The notes under the pieces are model-generated. The model did no database searches and had not been told where the DNA came from. It saw only the letters and a list, made by a program, of their open reading frames with translations. From NCBI GenBank assembly GCA_963711835.1, contig CAVQFQ010000021.1, positions 1 to 64,000 of the forward strand: 64,000 nucleotides of DNA, written 5' to 3'. The position numbers and the translations under genes were made by a program. The DNA is from an uncultured delta proteobacterium. Lineage in GTDB: Bacteria > Desulfobacterota > RBG-13-43-22. The first letter of the stretch is position 1; each line of letters begins with the position of its first letter. This document shows, piece after piece, positions 21,316 to 32,192 of the stretch.

Positions 21316-21406
21316 AAATCCCCTCTCGATCTCTTTTTGTTTTACTATTCAAATATTTTGGAATATATTTTTCTGATCCGAAACCGCCGGGCGGGCTATT
21401 TTTTTA

Positions 21407-21464
21407 TTGACAAGCCAAGCCCATTGTACATAAATTTAATAAAAAATTTAACTAAATTCTTAGT
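21407..21464 (+). promoter_or_regulatory. Putative promoter and palindrome upstream of the TRAP operon
   Basis: TTGACA (21407)-18 bp-TAAATT; palindrome ACTAA-attc-TTAGT at 21451-21464 in an AT-rich divergent intergenic region. Confidence 0.4.
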
Positions 21465-21582
21465 AATCTTAAAAGTTGGATTAGGACCCGTCTGAAGGAG
21501 CGGAAAAACCAGGGGTCAAGGCGGTTACCTAAAATCAGATAGCCCGGCCCAGGGCCGGTTTTTTAAATGAAAGGAGGAAAAC

Positions 21583-22637
21583 ATGAGAAACAAACATTTT
21601 TTGGCCGGTTACTTTATTGCTGCTCTTTTCTTTGGTAACCTTTTTCCTGCTGGCCCCTTCTCAGGCCTCGGCCCAATCCAAGCCGATCATCCTGAAATAC
21701 TCCGATCCTTCCAAGGAGGGCACGGCCCGAACCGATGCCACCAAGGAAACCATGTTGGAAATAGAGAAACGGACCGGGGGAGCGGGTCAAGCATGAATTT
21801 TACTGGTCCGAATCCCTGGTCAAAGCCAAGGATTCGTTGGAGGCCATCAAAGCCGGCACCTGCGATCTTGGAGGGGCTCCGGATGTGGTTTATCATCCCG
21901 GCCGTTTCCCCATCTGGCAGTTTTCCCAGCTCATGTTTCTGGGCGGTCCGGATTTGACCGGAGTGATGAAGGCTTGGAATGAGATGGCCCTGACCAATCC
22001 CCAGTTGAAAGCGGAATTCGACAAGCAGGGGGTGAAATTCTTGAGTACCTTCGGTTATCCCACTACCCTGATTTGTAAAAAACCCTTGGACGACCTGGGC
22101 GATTTTAAAGGGGTGAAATTCAGAGCCGTCGGAGCCACGGCCAAATGGATCGGTTCACTGGGCGCTACGGCAGTTCCCCTGACCTTTTATGAGGTGACCG
22201 AGGGACTGGCCCGCGGTGTCATCGATGGAACCGTGGGTTACCTCTATGTGCATGTCCCCTATAAATTTCATGATTTCTGTAAATTCTTTACCCTGACTCC
22301 CTTGGCCAATACTCTGATTGTAAACACCTGGATGAACCTGGATGCCTGGAACAAACTCCCTCCGGATATTCAGAAGATCTATGAAGAAACCTGGCGGGAA
22401 TATTATCCCAAGGCCATTGCCAAGCATTGCGAGGAGGAAATTTCCAAACAATTGAAAGCCCTTCGGGACAGCGGGGTAAAAATTATTGAATTGCCCCCGG
22501 CCCAATACAATAAATGGAAGGAATCGGCCAACTTTCTGGTGGCTGATTATCTGGCCAAGATGAGCAAGATGGGGGTGGACGGCAAGAAAATAATCGAGGA
22601 TTTCGAAAAGCTTTATAAGAAGTACGAGAAAAAATAA
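21583..22637 (+). CDS. dctP: TRAP transporter substrate-binding protein, frameshifts in the 5' part
   Basis: Signal-peptide-like start after AAGGAGG; DFKGVKFR, LGATAV, EVTEGLARGVIDG, WNKLPPDIQK. Confidence 0.85.
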
Positions 22638-22729
22638 CGGACTGCTTGAGGGGTCCAGGGTTCACGGATTTTTGGTCTTTTCGCTCGAACCCTTGACCCC
22701 TCGACCCCTTGAACCCTTCTTTTCTTACC

Positions 22730-23248
22730 ATGTTCGCAACCTTTGAAAAATACCTGACCGCCATCGGCGGAGGCATCCTGCTCATGGCCATGATGCTCCT
22801 GGTGACGACCGACGTCCTGGGCCGGTTCTTCTTCAGTAAACCGGTGCAAGGCACTACGGAAGTCACCGAATTTATGATGGTGGCCCTATTGTATCTGTCC
22901 CTGGCGCACACCCAGGCCCTCAAAGGGCATATCAATGTAGATATCTTCCTTTCCTACTTCAAGAAGCGAACCAGACTGGTTCTCGACTTGATAACCTACT
23001 TGTTGGGCCTCGTTCTTTTCGCTTTAATCACCTGGCAGGGAACCCTGGCCGCCATCAAGGCCTGGACCTTCTGGGAAACAACCTTCGGCGTTCTCCCTTT
23101 CCCTCTTTTTCCCACCAAGGTGCTGGTGCCCCTGGGGTCTTTTCTGCTTTGCCTTCGTTATCTGTTCGATATTAAGAATGGGCTTAAGTCGTTAACCCAA
23201 AAGGAGTCCTCGCCTTGCCCGCCCTTGACCCGACCTGGATCGGAATAA
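22730..23248 (+). CDS. dctQ: TRAP transporter small permease
   Basis: Four TM segments, DVLGRFFFSKPVQGTTE, GHINVD. Confidence 0.88.
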   Translation: MFATFEKYLTAIGGGILLMAMMLLVTTDVLGRFFFSKPVQGTTEVTEFMMVALLYLSLAHTQALKGHINVDIFLSYFKKRTRLVLDLITYLLGLVLFALITWQGTLAAIKAWTFWETTFGVLPFPLFPTKVLVPLGSFLLCLRYLFDIKNGLKSLTQKESSPCPPLTRPGSE

Positions 23249-24529
23249 TCGGATTCTTTATCTTTGTTTTCATGATGGTCATCGGGGTGCCGATCGGGAT
23301 CGGCATGGGCGTGGTCGGTTTTGCCGGCATCTGGGCCATCCGAGGCTGGCCGGTGGCCTTGAATGCCCTCTATCAGTTGCCCTACAGCGCCATCTCCAAC
23401 TGGCTCTTGTCCGTCATTCCCATGTTTATCTTCATGGGCTACATTGCCTTTCATGCCGGTTTTGCCCGGGATGCCTATGAAACGGCCTACAAATGGGTGG
23501 GCAAACTGCCCGGCGGGCTGGCCGTGGCCACCCTGATCGGCGGCGCCCTCTTCGGGGCCTGCAGCGGCTCCAGCGTGGCCGCCACGGCGGCGATCGGTAA
23601 GTTGTGCCTGCCGGAGATGGAACGCCACGGCTACGACCGGAAGCTGGCCGCCGGAACAGCGGCCATGAGCGGCCCTCTGGATGCCCTCATCCCGCCCAGC
23701 ATCCTGCTGGTGCTCTATGGGGTGATCACCGAGGAAAACGTAGCCAAGCTCCTGATTGCCGGCATTCTGCCGGGCATCCTTTCCATGCTGGCCTTTATTG
23801 TTCTGGTTATCGTTCGAGTGAAACTCAACCCCAGCCCTGGCCCCAGCCGGAGAGAGCTTTTCCTGGAAGGAAAGACTGGTCAGTTTAAAAGGGACGGTCG
23901 GCATTGGAATTATTTTTTCCGCCATTATCGGCGGGCTCTACGCCGGGGTCTTCACTCCGACCGAGGCCGGAGCGGTCGGGGCCTGCGCCAGTCTGATTCT
24001 GTCCCTGATCATGAAAAGAGTCAACTGGAAGGCCTTTAAAGAAGTTACCTACGAATCCCTTAAAGTGTACTCATCGATATTTTTAATCATCCTTGGGGCC
24101 TATATCTTCGTCCGCTTTCTGGCCCTGACCCGTCTGCCCATAGCTTTCTCGGAATTCATTGTAGAACTTCCCATCCATCCCATGCTGATCTATGCCGGCA
24201 TCCTCGGCGTTTATCTGATCCTGGGCTGCTTCATGGACGCCCTGGGCCTGCTTTTTCTGACCATCCCTTTTATCTTCGCTCCCATGGTCAAACTCGGCTT
24301 TGACCCCATCTGGTTCGGGATCATTGTGGTCAAGATGCTGGAAATCGGCCTGATCACCCCGCCGGTGGGCATACAGGCTTACGTTTTAAAAGGGGTGGCC
24401 CCCCATTTGAGTATGGATGATATCTTCAGGGGCTTTGTGCCCTTTTTCCTGGTTGATCTCTTCATCGTCATCGGCCTCCTGACCCTGTTCCCTCAAATCG
24501 TCACCATCCTGCCCTCGATGATGAAATGA
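23215..24529 (+). CDS. dctM: TRAP transporter large permease, frameshift near 23850
   Basis: IPMFIFMG, FGACSGSS, LIPPSI, GVFTPTEAG (second frame), GFDPIWFGI, IGLITPPVG. Confidence 0.9.
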
Positions 24530-24690
24530 TCCGGCTGCCTTTTTAGCGCCTCCAACCCATTGCTGACCTTCACCAACAGCCGATTTTATTTCTTCTTGAT
24601 CCCCTGACCCCCCTGTTTTATACTCCTGCAGGTTCAGACCGGGTGCCCGGCCATCCATGGAAATCTCACCAGCTTTTTATCGGAGGAAAG

Positions 24691-25419
24691 ATGCATATCC
24701 GAGAAATTAAAATACTAAGCAATTCCTTTCCCTCCCGGGACTGCTATCCTTTCGAGCTGGAAATTTTCAACCAGACGGAATCCTTGGTCTTCGACAAACC
24801 CATTACCTTCTTTATCGGCGAGAATGGAACCGGCAAATCCACCCTGCTCAAGGCCATGGCCAAGAGATGTTCCATCCATATCTGGCGGGATGAAGAAGGC
24901 TATCAGAGAAAGGTATTTTACAGCAATCCCCAGGCTGAAGAGCTTTATAGATACCTGAAGGTGGAGTGGGTCCACGAAAGGGTTCCGGGATCCTACTTCG
25001 ATTCCGAAATCTTCCGCTATTTTGCCGAGTGCCTGGACGAATGGGCCAAGCCCAGTCCGGCCCTCTTCAACTATTACGGGGGCGACTCCCTTATCGCCCG
25101 GTCCCATGGTCAAAGGCATATTCAATATTTTAACAGCACCTATCGGAAAAAAGGCATCTATTTCTTAGACGAGCCTGAAAATGCCCTTTCGCCGAAACGG
25201 CAGATCGAGCTCTTGAAAATTCTAAAGGAAACCAGCGCCGGCGGCCAGGTCCAATTTATAATCGTTACCCATTCCCCTATTCTGCTCTCCTATCCTGAGG
25301 CCACCATTTTCAGTTTCGATGCCCTACCGATCCGGGAAATGACCTATGAAGATACCGACTACTTTAAAATCTACCGGGATTTTCTGAACAACCGGGACCG
25401 CTATTTAAAAAATCTCTAA
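24691..25419 (+). CDS. ABC-like AAA ATPase (COG3910-type)
   Basis: GENGTGKST, SHGQ, YFLDEPENALSP, IIVTHSPILL. Confidence 0.88.
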   Translation: MHIREIKILSNSFPSRDCYPFELEIFNQTESLVFDKPITFFIGENGTGKSTLLKAMAKRCSIHIWRDEEGYQRKVFYSNPQAEELYRYLKVEWVHERVPGSYFDSEIFRYFAECLDEWAKPSPALFNYYGGDSLIARSHGQRHIQYFNSTYRKKGIYFLDEPENALSPKRQIELLKILKETSAGGQVQFIIVTHSPILLSYPEATIFSFDALPIREMTYEDTDYFKIYRDFLNNRDRYLKNL

Positions 25420-25613
25420 TCTCTCCCCGGCCCCAACCAATCTCCAGGAATTAGCAGGAATTCCGATAAGAAGGAACGGGTTCAAATCTTCTTTCCGCCA
25501 AAGAACAGGATTCCCCTTGACCCGGCCCGGCCCTTGCTATATAAAAATTAAAGGAATGCTGGGATAACCTAACGTAAAGATATTTGAAATTGGTTTTTAA
25601 AGTCCTGATGAAA

Positions 25614-25840
25614 TGGTGTAGGGGGGTCCTATTTTTTATGTTGTCCACCCCCAAGCCATGAGCTTTCCGCCGCGGCGGACCGGGCCAAAATCAGATAGTG
25701 TTTTGGCAACAGGCCTACACCCGAGCTGGAAATGGGCTGGGGTGAATGCCCTGCTCTAAAATAAACTTAGTTATTCGGGCCGGATTAGGGGCTCTTAGTC
25801 ACCCTTTGGACAACATAAAAAATAGGACCCCCCTACACCA
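25614..25840 (-). repeat. Non-coding element A: perfect 34-bp inverted arms around a conserved core (homologous to 35639-35949)
   Basis: 25614-25647 is the exact reverse complement of 25807-25840; the core shares ordered sequence blocks with element B. Confidence 0.85.
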
Positions 25841-25900
25841 ATTTTGGAAAGTTAGAGATAAATTCTCAGACTAAGAGATGTAACAATCTAAAGTAAAATC

Positions 25901-26278
25901 ATGATTTACGGTATCGGAATAGACTTGGTGAAAATGTCCAGGATCGGGCAGGCTATGGAAACCTGGGGGGAGCGGCTTCAACAAAGGGTCTTTACGGATC
26001 GGGAAAGAGCTTTCTGTCTGAGTAAACCCCGTCCCACCCGCTACTGGGCCATGCGGTTTGCCGCCAAGGAGGCTTTTTCGAAAGCCATAGGACTGGGGAT
26101 GCGACAGGGTTTGCGCTGGAAGGATATCGAGGTGACGGCCAACCGTTTCGGAAAGCCCGAATTGATCCTTCACGGCCGGGCTCGGGAGATCTCCAGCCAG
26201 GCCGGGATCAGCAACAGTTTTTTATCCTTGACCGATGAAGGGGATTATGCCCTCGCCGTAGTAGTTCTGGAGGTCTGA
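25901..26278 (+). CDS. acpS: Holo-ACP synthase
   Basis: GIGIDLV, RFAAKEAFSKAIG, GKPEL, LSLTD. Confidence 0.95.
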   Translation: MIYGIGIDLVKMSRIGQAMETWGERLQQRVFTDRERAFCLSKPRPTRYWAMRFAAKEAFSKAIGLGMRQGLRWKDIEVTANRFGKPELILHGRAREISSQAGISNSFLSLTDEGDYALAVVVLEV

Positions 26279-26279
26279 G

Positions 26280-27878
26280 ATGATCCTGACTACAGCCGCC
26301 CAAATGAAGGAACTGGATCGCCGCACCATCGAAGAACTGGGCATCCCGGGACTGGTCCTAATGGAGAATGCCGCTCGCAGCGCGGTTCAGGTCATTGCGC
26401 ATCATTATCCCCGGATGCATTCTCCGGCCGTCTTCTGCGGCAAAGGGAATAACGGCGGGGACGGCCTGGCCATGGCCCGTTATTTCCATCAGCAAGGGTT
26501 GGACGTCCGAGTTTATTTAGCCGGGTCGCGAAAAACCCTGAAGGGCGATGCCGCCCATCAATTCCGACTCGTAGAAAAATCGGGGGTTCCCTTTATCGAG
26601 ATGGATGAAAAGGTGGACCGGTCCTTTTTAAAACTGGAAGTCTCACGGTCCGACCTCCTGGTGGATGCCCTGCTGGGAACCGGCTTGGAAAAAGAGGTGC
26701 AAGGGCTTTTTAAGGAGTTGATAGCCCTCATGAATGAACTTCCAATCCCAAAAGTTGCGGTTGACCTCCCTTCCGGACTTTCCTCCGACACCGGCCAATC
26801 TTTGGGAATCTGCCTCCAGGCCGACCTGACCGTTACCTTCGGCCTCCCGAAGGTAGGGCAGGTCCTTTTCCCGGGATGCCGCTGGCTGGGAAGACTCTTT
26901 GTTGCCGACATCGGACTCTCACCCCTATTTTTACCGCCACCCGAAGACCGGGTGGAATTGTTGGAGGCCTCTCAACTGAGATCCTGTTTGCCTCAGAGGG
27001 ACCCGGGAGGCCATAAAAGTTCTTACGGCCACGTTTTGATCCTGGCCGGATCCCAAGGTAAAACCGGGGCGGCGGCCTTGGCTTGCCTGGGGGCTCTTCG
27101 AGCCGGTGCCGGTCTGGTCACGCTGGGCATCCCTGAAAGCCTGAATGCCATAATGGAAGTAAAGCTGACCGAGGCCATGACCGAACCCTTGCCGGAAGGA
27201 ACCAGGGGGACCCTTGGCTCCAAGGCCCTGGGCAGGATTGTTACCCTCCTTCAAGGGAAAAAGGCCCTGGCCATCGGCCCCGGGCTCTCAACCGCCCCTC
27301 AGACCAAAAGGCTGGTGCAAACCCTGACAAAAGAAACCTCCCTGCCTCTGGTCATTGATGCCGACGGCTTGAATGCCCTGTCAGAGGCCCCAAAAGTTCT
27401 GAAACACTTGGCCGGCCGGGCTATTTTAACGCCTCATCCGGGAGAAATGTCCCGCCTTTCGGGAAAGCCGGTGGCTGAAATCCAGGCCGATAGAATTAAG
27501 GCCGCCCGGGAATTTGCGCAACGACACCAACTAATCCTGGTCCTCAAGGGGGCCGGAACGGTCATAGCCGATCCGGAGGGACCGGTTTACCTGAATCCGG
27601 TGGCCCATTCGGTCTTGGCTGCCGGGGGCACCGGAGATGTACTGACCGGGGTGATCTTAGGTCTATTATCCCAAGGGCTTTCCCTGAAAGAAGCAGCCTG
27701 TCTGGGGGTCTATCTCCATGGCCGGGCCGGGGTCCTCCTGGCCGCCAGACGGGGAGCTCAGGGCCTCCTGGCTTCCGAACTGCCCGAAGAAATCCCCGGA
27801 CTTTTGTCTCAAAAGGATCTCTGGACACCCCTGCAAAAGGAAGCGATTCCTTTGATACGGGAAGTGAAATTAGGATAA
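26280..27878 (+). CDS. nnr: Bifunctional NAD(P)H-hydrate epimerase/dehydratase
   Basis: LMENA, CGKGNNGGDG, DALLGTG, DLPSG, GAGLVT, IDADGLN, TPHPGEM, GGTGDVL. Confidence 0.95.
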   Translation: MILTTAAQMKELDRRTIEELGIPGLVLMENAARSAVQVIAHHYPRMHSPAVFCGKGNNGGDGLAMARYFHQQGLDVRVYLAGSRKTLKGDAAHQFRLVEKSGVPFIEMDEKVDRSFLKLEVSRSDLLVDALLGTGLEKEVQGLFKELIALMNELPIPKVAVDLPSGLSSDTGQSLGICLQADLTVTFGLPKVGQVLFPGCRWLGRLFVADIGLSPLFLPPPEDRVELLEASQLRSCLPQRDPGGHKSSYGHVLILAGSQGKTGAAALACLGALRAGAGLVTLGIPESLNAIMEVKLTEAMTEPLPEGTRGTLGSKALGRIVTLLQGKKALAIGPGLSTAPQTKRLVQTLTKETSLPLVIDADGLNALSEAPKVLKHLAGRAILTPHPGEMSRLSGKPVAEIQADRIKAAREFAQRHQLILVLKGAGTVIADPEGPVYLNPVAHSVLAAGGTGDVLTGVILGLLSQGLSLKEAACLGVYLHGRAGVLLAARRGAQGLLASELPEEIPGLLSQKDLWTPLQKEAIPLIREVKLG

Positions 27879-27943
27879 ATTTTACGCTCTCTTCCCCTCC
27901 TCTTCGGGGGGGAAGATTCGAATCACCGCGAAAGGACCCTATT

Positions 27944-28393
27944 ATGACCTCAGCCCAGGAGATAATGACCCGAGAAGTGATCACCGTTCAGGAGGATACC
28001 CCCGTCAGCGAGGTAGCCCGATTGCTGACTGAAAAACGGATCAGCGGCCTCCCGGTTCTCAATCAGGCCAAGGAACTGGTCGGGATCGTCTGTGAAAGCG
28101 ATATCATCGACCAGTCCAAGAAACTTCATCTGCCCACCGTAATTAACCTCATGGGCTATCTGGTTTTCCTGGAAAGCGGCAAGACCCTCGAAAAAGAGCT
28201 GAAAAAAATGATGGGCCTGGTAGCTCGGGATATTATGTCATCCCCGGTCAAAACCATAGCCCCGGAAACCCCGGTGGAAGCCATTGCCGCCCTCATGGTC
28301 GAGCAGCGCATCCATTCCATACCGGTCTTGGAAGGGGGTACCCTGGTGGGCATCATAGGGAAAAAAGATATTGTCCGTTCCCTGGCCCGCTGA
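27944..28393 (+). CDS. CBS-domain protein
   Basis: Two CBS repeats (IMTREVITV...ISGLPV; DIMSSPV...IHSIPV). Confidence 0.9.
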   Translation: MTSAQEIMTREVITVQEDTPVSEVARLLTEKRISGLPVLNQAKELVGIVCESDIIDQSKKLHLPTVINLMGYLVFLESGKTLEKELKKMMGLVARDIMSSPVKTIAPETPVEAIAALMVEQRIHSIPVLEGGTLVGIIGKKDIVRSLAR

Positions 28394-28405
28394 AAGGTTC
28401 GGATC

Positions 28406-28873
28406 TTGCAGATTCATTGCCTGGAGGAAATCCTGGAAGGGGAAAAGGCCACGGAAGAACTGGGCCGCCGGCTGGCCCCCTTTCTTCGCCCGGGAGATGT
28501 AGTCGCTCTTTACGGGGAATTGGGTTCAGGCAAGACCTGCTTGGTCCGGGGCCTGGCCCGGGGATTAGGGGTTAAGGAAGGGGAAGTAAGCAGTCCTTCT
28601 TTTACCCTGATCAACGAATACGCAGGCCCGATACCCTTCTATCATATCGATTGTTACCGCCTTCAGCTCCGGGAAGAGATCCGGGAATTGGGGTTGGAGG
28701 ATTACCTGGAAGGGCCGGGGGTTTCGGCCGTAGAATGGGCGGAGCGGATAGAGGACCTGCCTGAGGTCCGGCTGGATATTTTTTTCGAGATTCTCGACGA
28801 ACATCGCCGCCGGGTAGTGCTGAAGACCGGCGCTGAAATAGCAGGACGAATCGGTTGGGTCTGCCGGACCTGA
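28406..28873 (+). CDS. tsaE: t6A biosynthesis ATPase
   Basis: GELGSGKT, SPSFTLINEY, HIDCYRL, VEWAER. Confidence 0.95.
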   Translation: MQIHCLEEILEGEKATEELGRRLAPFLRPGDVVALYGELGSGKTCLVRGLARGLGVKEGEVSSPSFTLINEYAGPIPFYHIDCYRLQLREEIRELGLEDYLEGPGVSAVEWAERIEDLPEVRLDIFFEILDEHRRRVVLKTGAEIAGRIGWVCRT

Positions 28874-28904
28874 CGGAACCAAACCTTTAAAGGAGGAATG
28901 ATTT

Positions 28905-30137
28905 ATGCCTTTAGTTGTCCAGAAGTATGGCGGGACCTCGGTCGGGTCGATTGAAAAGATCCGAAACGTCGCCAAACGGGTAATCGAAATAAAAGAGAAA
29001 GGGATCGACCTGGTGGTGGTCCTTTCGGCCATGTCCGGCGAGACCGATAAGCTGATCCGTCTGGCCCAGGAAATGACCGAATCTCCGGACCCCCGGGAAT
29101 TGGATGTCCTCATCTCCACCGGGGAGCAGGTTACGGTAGCCCTCTTCAGCATGGCGGTTCAAAGCCTGGGATTTAAGGCCACTTCCCTATTGGGCTACCA
29201 GGTCAAAATCGTCACCGACCAGGCCTACGGCCGGGCCCGGATCAGTGAAATCGATACCCGGCGGATTATGGAAGAGATCCGGAGGGATAAAATCGTGGCC
29301 GTGGCCGGTTTTCAGGGATTGGATGAAGCCGGAAATATTACCACCCTGGGGCGAGGCGGATCCGACACCACTGCCGTGGCCGTGGCCGCGGCCTTGAAAG
29401 CCCAGGTCTGCGAGATCTTTACCGATGTGGAAGGGGTCTATACCACCGATCCCGGTATTTGTCCCAAGGCCCGGAAGCTTAAAAAAGTCTCCTATGACGA
29501 GATGCTGGAGATGGCCAGTTTGGGGGCCAAGGTTTTGGAAATTCGATCGGTGGAGTTCGCCAAAAAATTTAAAGTCCCGATCCACGTTCGTTCGACTTTT
29601 ACCGATAAGGAGGGAACCATGGTAATGCAAGAGGATAAAAGCATGGAGAAGATCCTGGTCTCCGGAGTCACCTATAATAAAAACGAAGCCCGCTTAACCA
29701 TCACCAAGGTCCCAGACCGGCCGGGTATCGCCTCCAAGATATTCATCCCTATTTCAGAGGCCGGTATCGTGGTGGACATGATCATTCAGAACACCAGCGC
29801 CGAAGGACTGACCGATTTAACCTTTACGGTGCCCAAAGTCGATTTCAAAAGAACCATGGCCATTATTAAAAAGGTGGCCAAAGAAATCAAGGCCGAAAGG
29901 GTTTTGGGGGATGAACATATTGCCAAAGTCTCCATCATCGGCCTGGGGATGCGCAACCATGCCGGCGTAGCCACCAGTATGTTTTCGGCCTTGGCCAAGG
30001 AAGGGATCAATATTATGATGATCGCCACCTCGGAGATCAAGATTTCCTGCGTCATTGACGAAAAATACACCGAACTGGCCGTCCGCACCCTTCATGAGGT
30101 CTTTCATTTGGATGAAGAACCGATAGGACGGGGATAG
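28905..30137 (+). CDS. lysC: Aspartate kinase
   Basis: VQKYGGTSV, TLGRGGSDTTA, TDVEGVYTTDP, two ACT domains, TSEIKIS. Confidence 0.95.
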   Translation: MPLVVQKYGGTSVGSIEKIRNVAKRVIEIKEKGIDLVVVLSAMSGETDKLIRLAQEMTESPDPRELDVLISTGEQVTVALFSMAVQSLGFKATSLLGYQVKIVTDQAYGRARISEIDTRRIMEEIRRDKIVAVAGFQGLDEAGNITTLGRGGSDTTAVAVAAALKAQVCEIFTDVEGVYTTDPGICPKARKLKKVSYDEMLEMASLGAKVLEIRSVEFAKKFKVPIHVRSTFTDKEGTMVMQEDKSMEKILVSGVTYNKNEARLTITKVPDRPGIASKIFIPISEAGIVVDMIIQNTSAEGLTDLTFTVPKVDFKRTMAIIKKVAKEIKAERVLGDEHIAKVSIIGLGMRNHAGVATSMFSALAKEGINIMMIATSEIKISCVIDEKYTELAVRTLHEVFHLDEEPIGRG

Positions 30138-30138
30138 A

Positions 30139-30320
30139 GCCGGATGACGGATGATCGATAACAGATAAAAAAGCCGATACTGAATACTTGAAAAAGGCTG
30201 ATACTGGATACTTGATACTGGATAAAGACAAGAAACAGGAAATCAATCATCCGGTAACCGGCATCCAGTAACCAGTATCAAGTATCAAGTTCAAGTATCC
30301 AGCAACCAGTATCCAGCATT
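30139..30320. repeat. Gene-less inverted element of 7-nt tandem units (GATACTG/CAGTATC family)
   Basis: Left arm GATACTGGATACTTGATACTGGAT; right arm CCAGTATCAAGTATC...CCAGTATCCAGCAT; related copies at ~34085, 44064 and 46701. Confidence 0.8.
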
Positions 30321-30327
30321 TGTCTTT

Positions 30328-31941
30328 ATGAAACCCATCGAAATCTACGACACCACCCTTCGAGACGGAACCCAAGCCGAGGACTTTAACTTATCGGTAG
30401 AGGATAAAATCCGGATCTCAAAAAAATTGGATGAACTCGGGATCGCCTATATTGAAGGGGGCTGGCCCGGCTCCAACCCTAAAGATGTTCAATTCTTTCA
30501 GGCCATGCAGGGGACTTCCTTAAGCCAGGCCAAATTGGCCGCTTTCGGCAGCACCCATAACCCCCGGACCAGTCCTTCCAACGATCCTAATTTAAAAGCC
30601 TTGATTCAGGCCCGAACTCCGGCAGTGACCATCTTTGGGAAAAGTTGGGATGTCCACGTCCGGGATGCCTTGAGGGTCCCTTTGGAGAGGAATCTCCGGA
30701 TCATCGAGGATTCCCTGGCCTTCATCCGTCCCCAGGTCAGGAAACTTTTTTATGATGCGGAACATTTTTTTGACGGTTATAAAGCCAACCCGGAATATGC
30801 CCTGGCCACCCTCAAGGCCGCTAAAAAAGCCGGGGTGGATTGCCTGGTGCTCTGCGATACCAACGGAGGGACCCTGCCCCGGCAACTGACCCGGATCATC
30901 CTGGAGGTTAAAAAAGAAATCAAGAGGATCCCTTTCGGCATCCATGCCCATAACGACTGCGACTGTTCGGTTGCCAATGTGATGGCCGCCGTGGAATTAG
31001 GCATCACCCAGGTGCAAGGGACTATTAATGGATTTGGCGACCGCTGCGGCAACGCCAATCTCTGCTCCATTATTCCCAACCTTCAACTGAAACTCGGGGT
31101 CCCGGTCCTGGCTCCGGAACAACTGGCCATGATCAGCGAAGTCTCCCGTTTCGTCAACGAACTGGCCAACATCCGCCACAACAAATACCAGCCTTATGTG
31201 GGGGCCAGCGCCTTTTCCCATAAGGGCGGAATCCATGTCAGCGCCGTTGTCAAAAATCCTGAAACCTACGAGCATATCCGTCCTGAACTGGTGGGAAACG
31301 TGCAGCGGATTTTGGTCTCGGACCTGGCTGGAAGAAGCAACATCCTTTCCAAAGCCCAACGCTATGGCCTGGATATATCCCGAACCGACCCGGCTGTTTT
31401 AAAAATTTTATCCCGGCTCAAAGAACTGGAACACCAGGGCTTCCAGTTCGAAGGGGCCGAAGGGTCTTTCGAATTATTGATGCAGCGGGCCATGGGAACC
31501 CAGAAACGCTATTTTCAATTAGTAGGCTTCCGGGTCATCTCCCATAAGACCCGGGAGGATCTGCCTCCTCTGGCCGAGGCCACGATCATGGTCAAGGTGG
31601 AAGGCCGGGTGGAACATACGGCCGCTGTCGGGAACGGCCCGGTCAATGCCCTGGATAATGCCTTGCGCAAAGCCTTGGAGCGATTTTATCCCGAATTACG
31701 GGAGATGCGCCTGGATGATTATAAAGTCCGGGTCCTGTCCAGCGTTGATGGAACCGCTGCCCGGGTACGGGTTTTGATCGAATCCGCGGATCAGGAAAAC
31801 AAATGGGGGACCGTCGGGGTGTCCACCGACATTCTAGAGGCTTCCTGGCAGGCCCTGGTCGACAGCATCAATTATAAGCTTTACCAGGAAGACAGGAAAC
31901 AAAGGGCGGCCAGGGTTAAGACCGGGAGTTCGAAAGACTGA
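30328..31941 (+). CDS. cimA: Citramalate synthase
   Basis: YDTTLRDGTQ, EGGWPGSNPKD, YDAEHFFDG, CDTNGG, HKGGIH, GNGPVNALD, WGTVGVS. Confidence 0.93.
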   Translation: MKPIEIYDTTLRDGTQAEDFNLSVEDKIRISKKLDELGIAYIEGGWPGSNPKDVQFFQAMQGTSLSQAKLAAFGSTHNPRTSPSNDPNLKALIQARTPAVTIFGKSWDVHVRDALRVPLERNLRIIEDSLAFIRPQVRKLFYDAEHFFDGYKANPEYALATLKAAKKAGVDCLVLCDTNGGTLPRQLTRIILEVKKEIKRIPFGIHAHNDCDCSVANVMAAVELGITQVQGTINGFGDRCGNANLCSIIPNLQLKLGVPVLAPEQLAMISEVSRFVNELANIRHNKYQPYVGASAFSHKGGIHVSAVVKNPETYEHIRPELVGNVQRILVSDLAGRSNILSKAQRYGLDISRTDPAVLKILSRLKELEHQGFQFEGAEGSFELLMQRAMGTQKRYFQLVGFRVISHKTREDLPPLAEATIMVKVEGRVEHTAAVGNGPVNALDNALRKALERFYPELREMRLDDYKVRVLSSVDGTAARVRVLIESADQENKWGTVGVSTDILEASWQALVDSINYKLYQEDRKQRAARVKTGSSKD

Positions 31942-31960
31942 GCAGCAAAAATCCGACCTT

Positions 31961-32155
31961 ATGGAAAAGATACCGGTTATTGAAGGCGAAGATTGCGTCG
32001 GCTGCGGCAGTTGTCTGGAAATCTGCCCGGAGGTCTTTACCTTAAACGAAGCCCTGGGCAAGGCCTTGGTGGTCAATCCCCAGGGCTGTCCGGAGAGCCG
32101 GATTGAAGAAGCCATCGAGATTTGTCCGGTAAATTGTATTCACTGGGAAGAATAG
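31961..32155 (+). CDS. Single-cluster ferredoxin
   Basis: CVGCGSCLEICP...CPVNCI. Confidence 0.88.
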   Translation: MEKIPVIEGEDCVGCGSCLEICPEVFTLNEALGKALVVNPQGCPESRIEEAIEICPVNCIHWEE

Positions 32156-32192
32156 TCGGATAAGGCCAATCGCCCCTTATGAGACGGTCCAT

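Noticed and set aside
21531-21542. 12-bp match AAAATCAGATAG between element A (25687-25698) and the dctP leader as a possible target
   Set aside because: One 12-mer match among roughly 100 variable positions against both strands of 64 kb is expected by chance.
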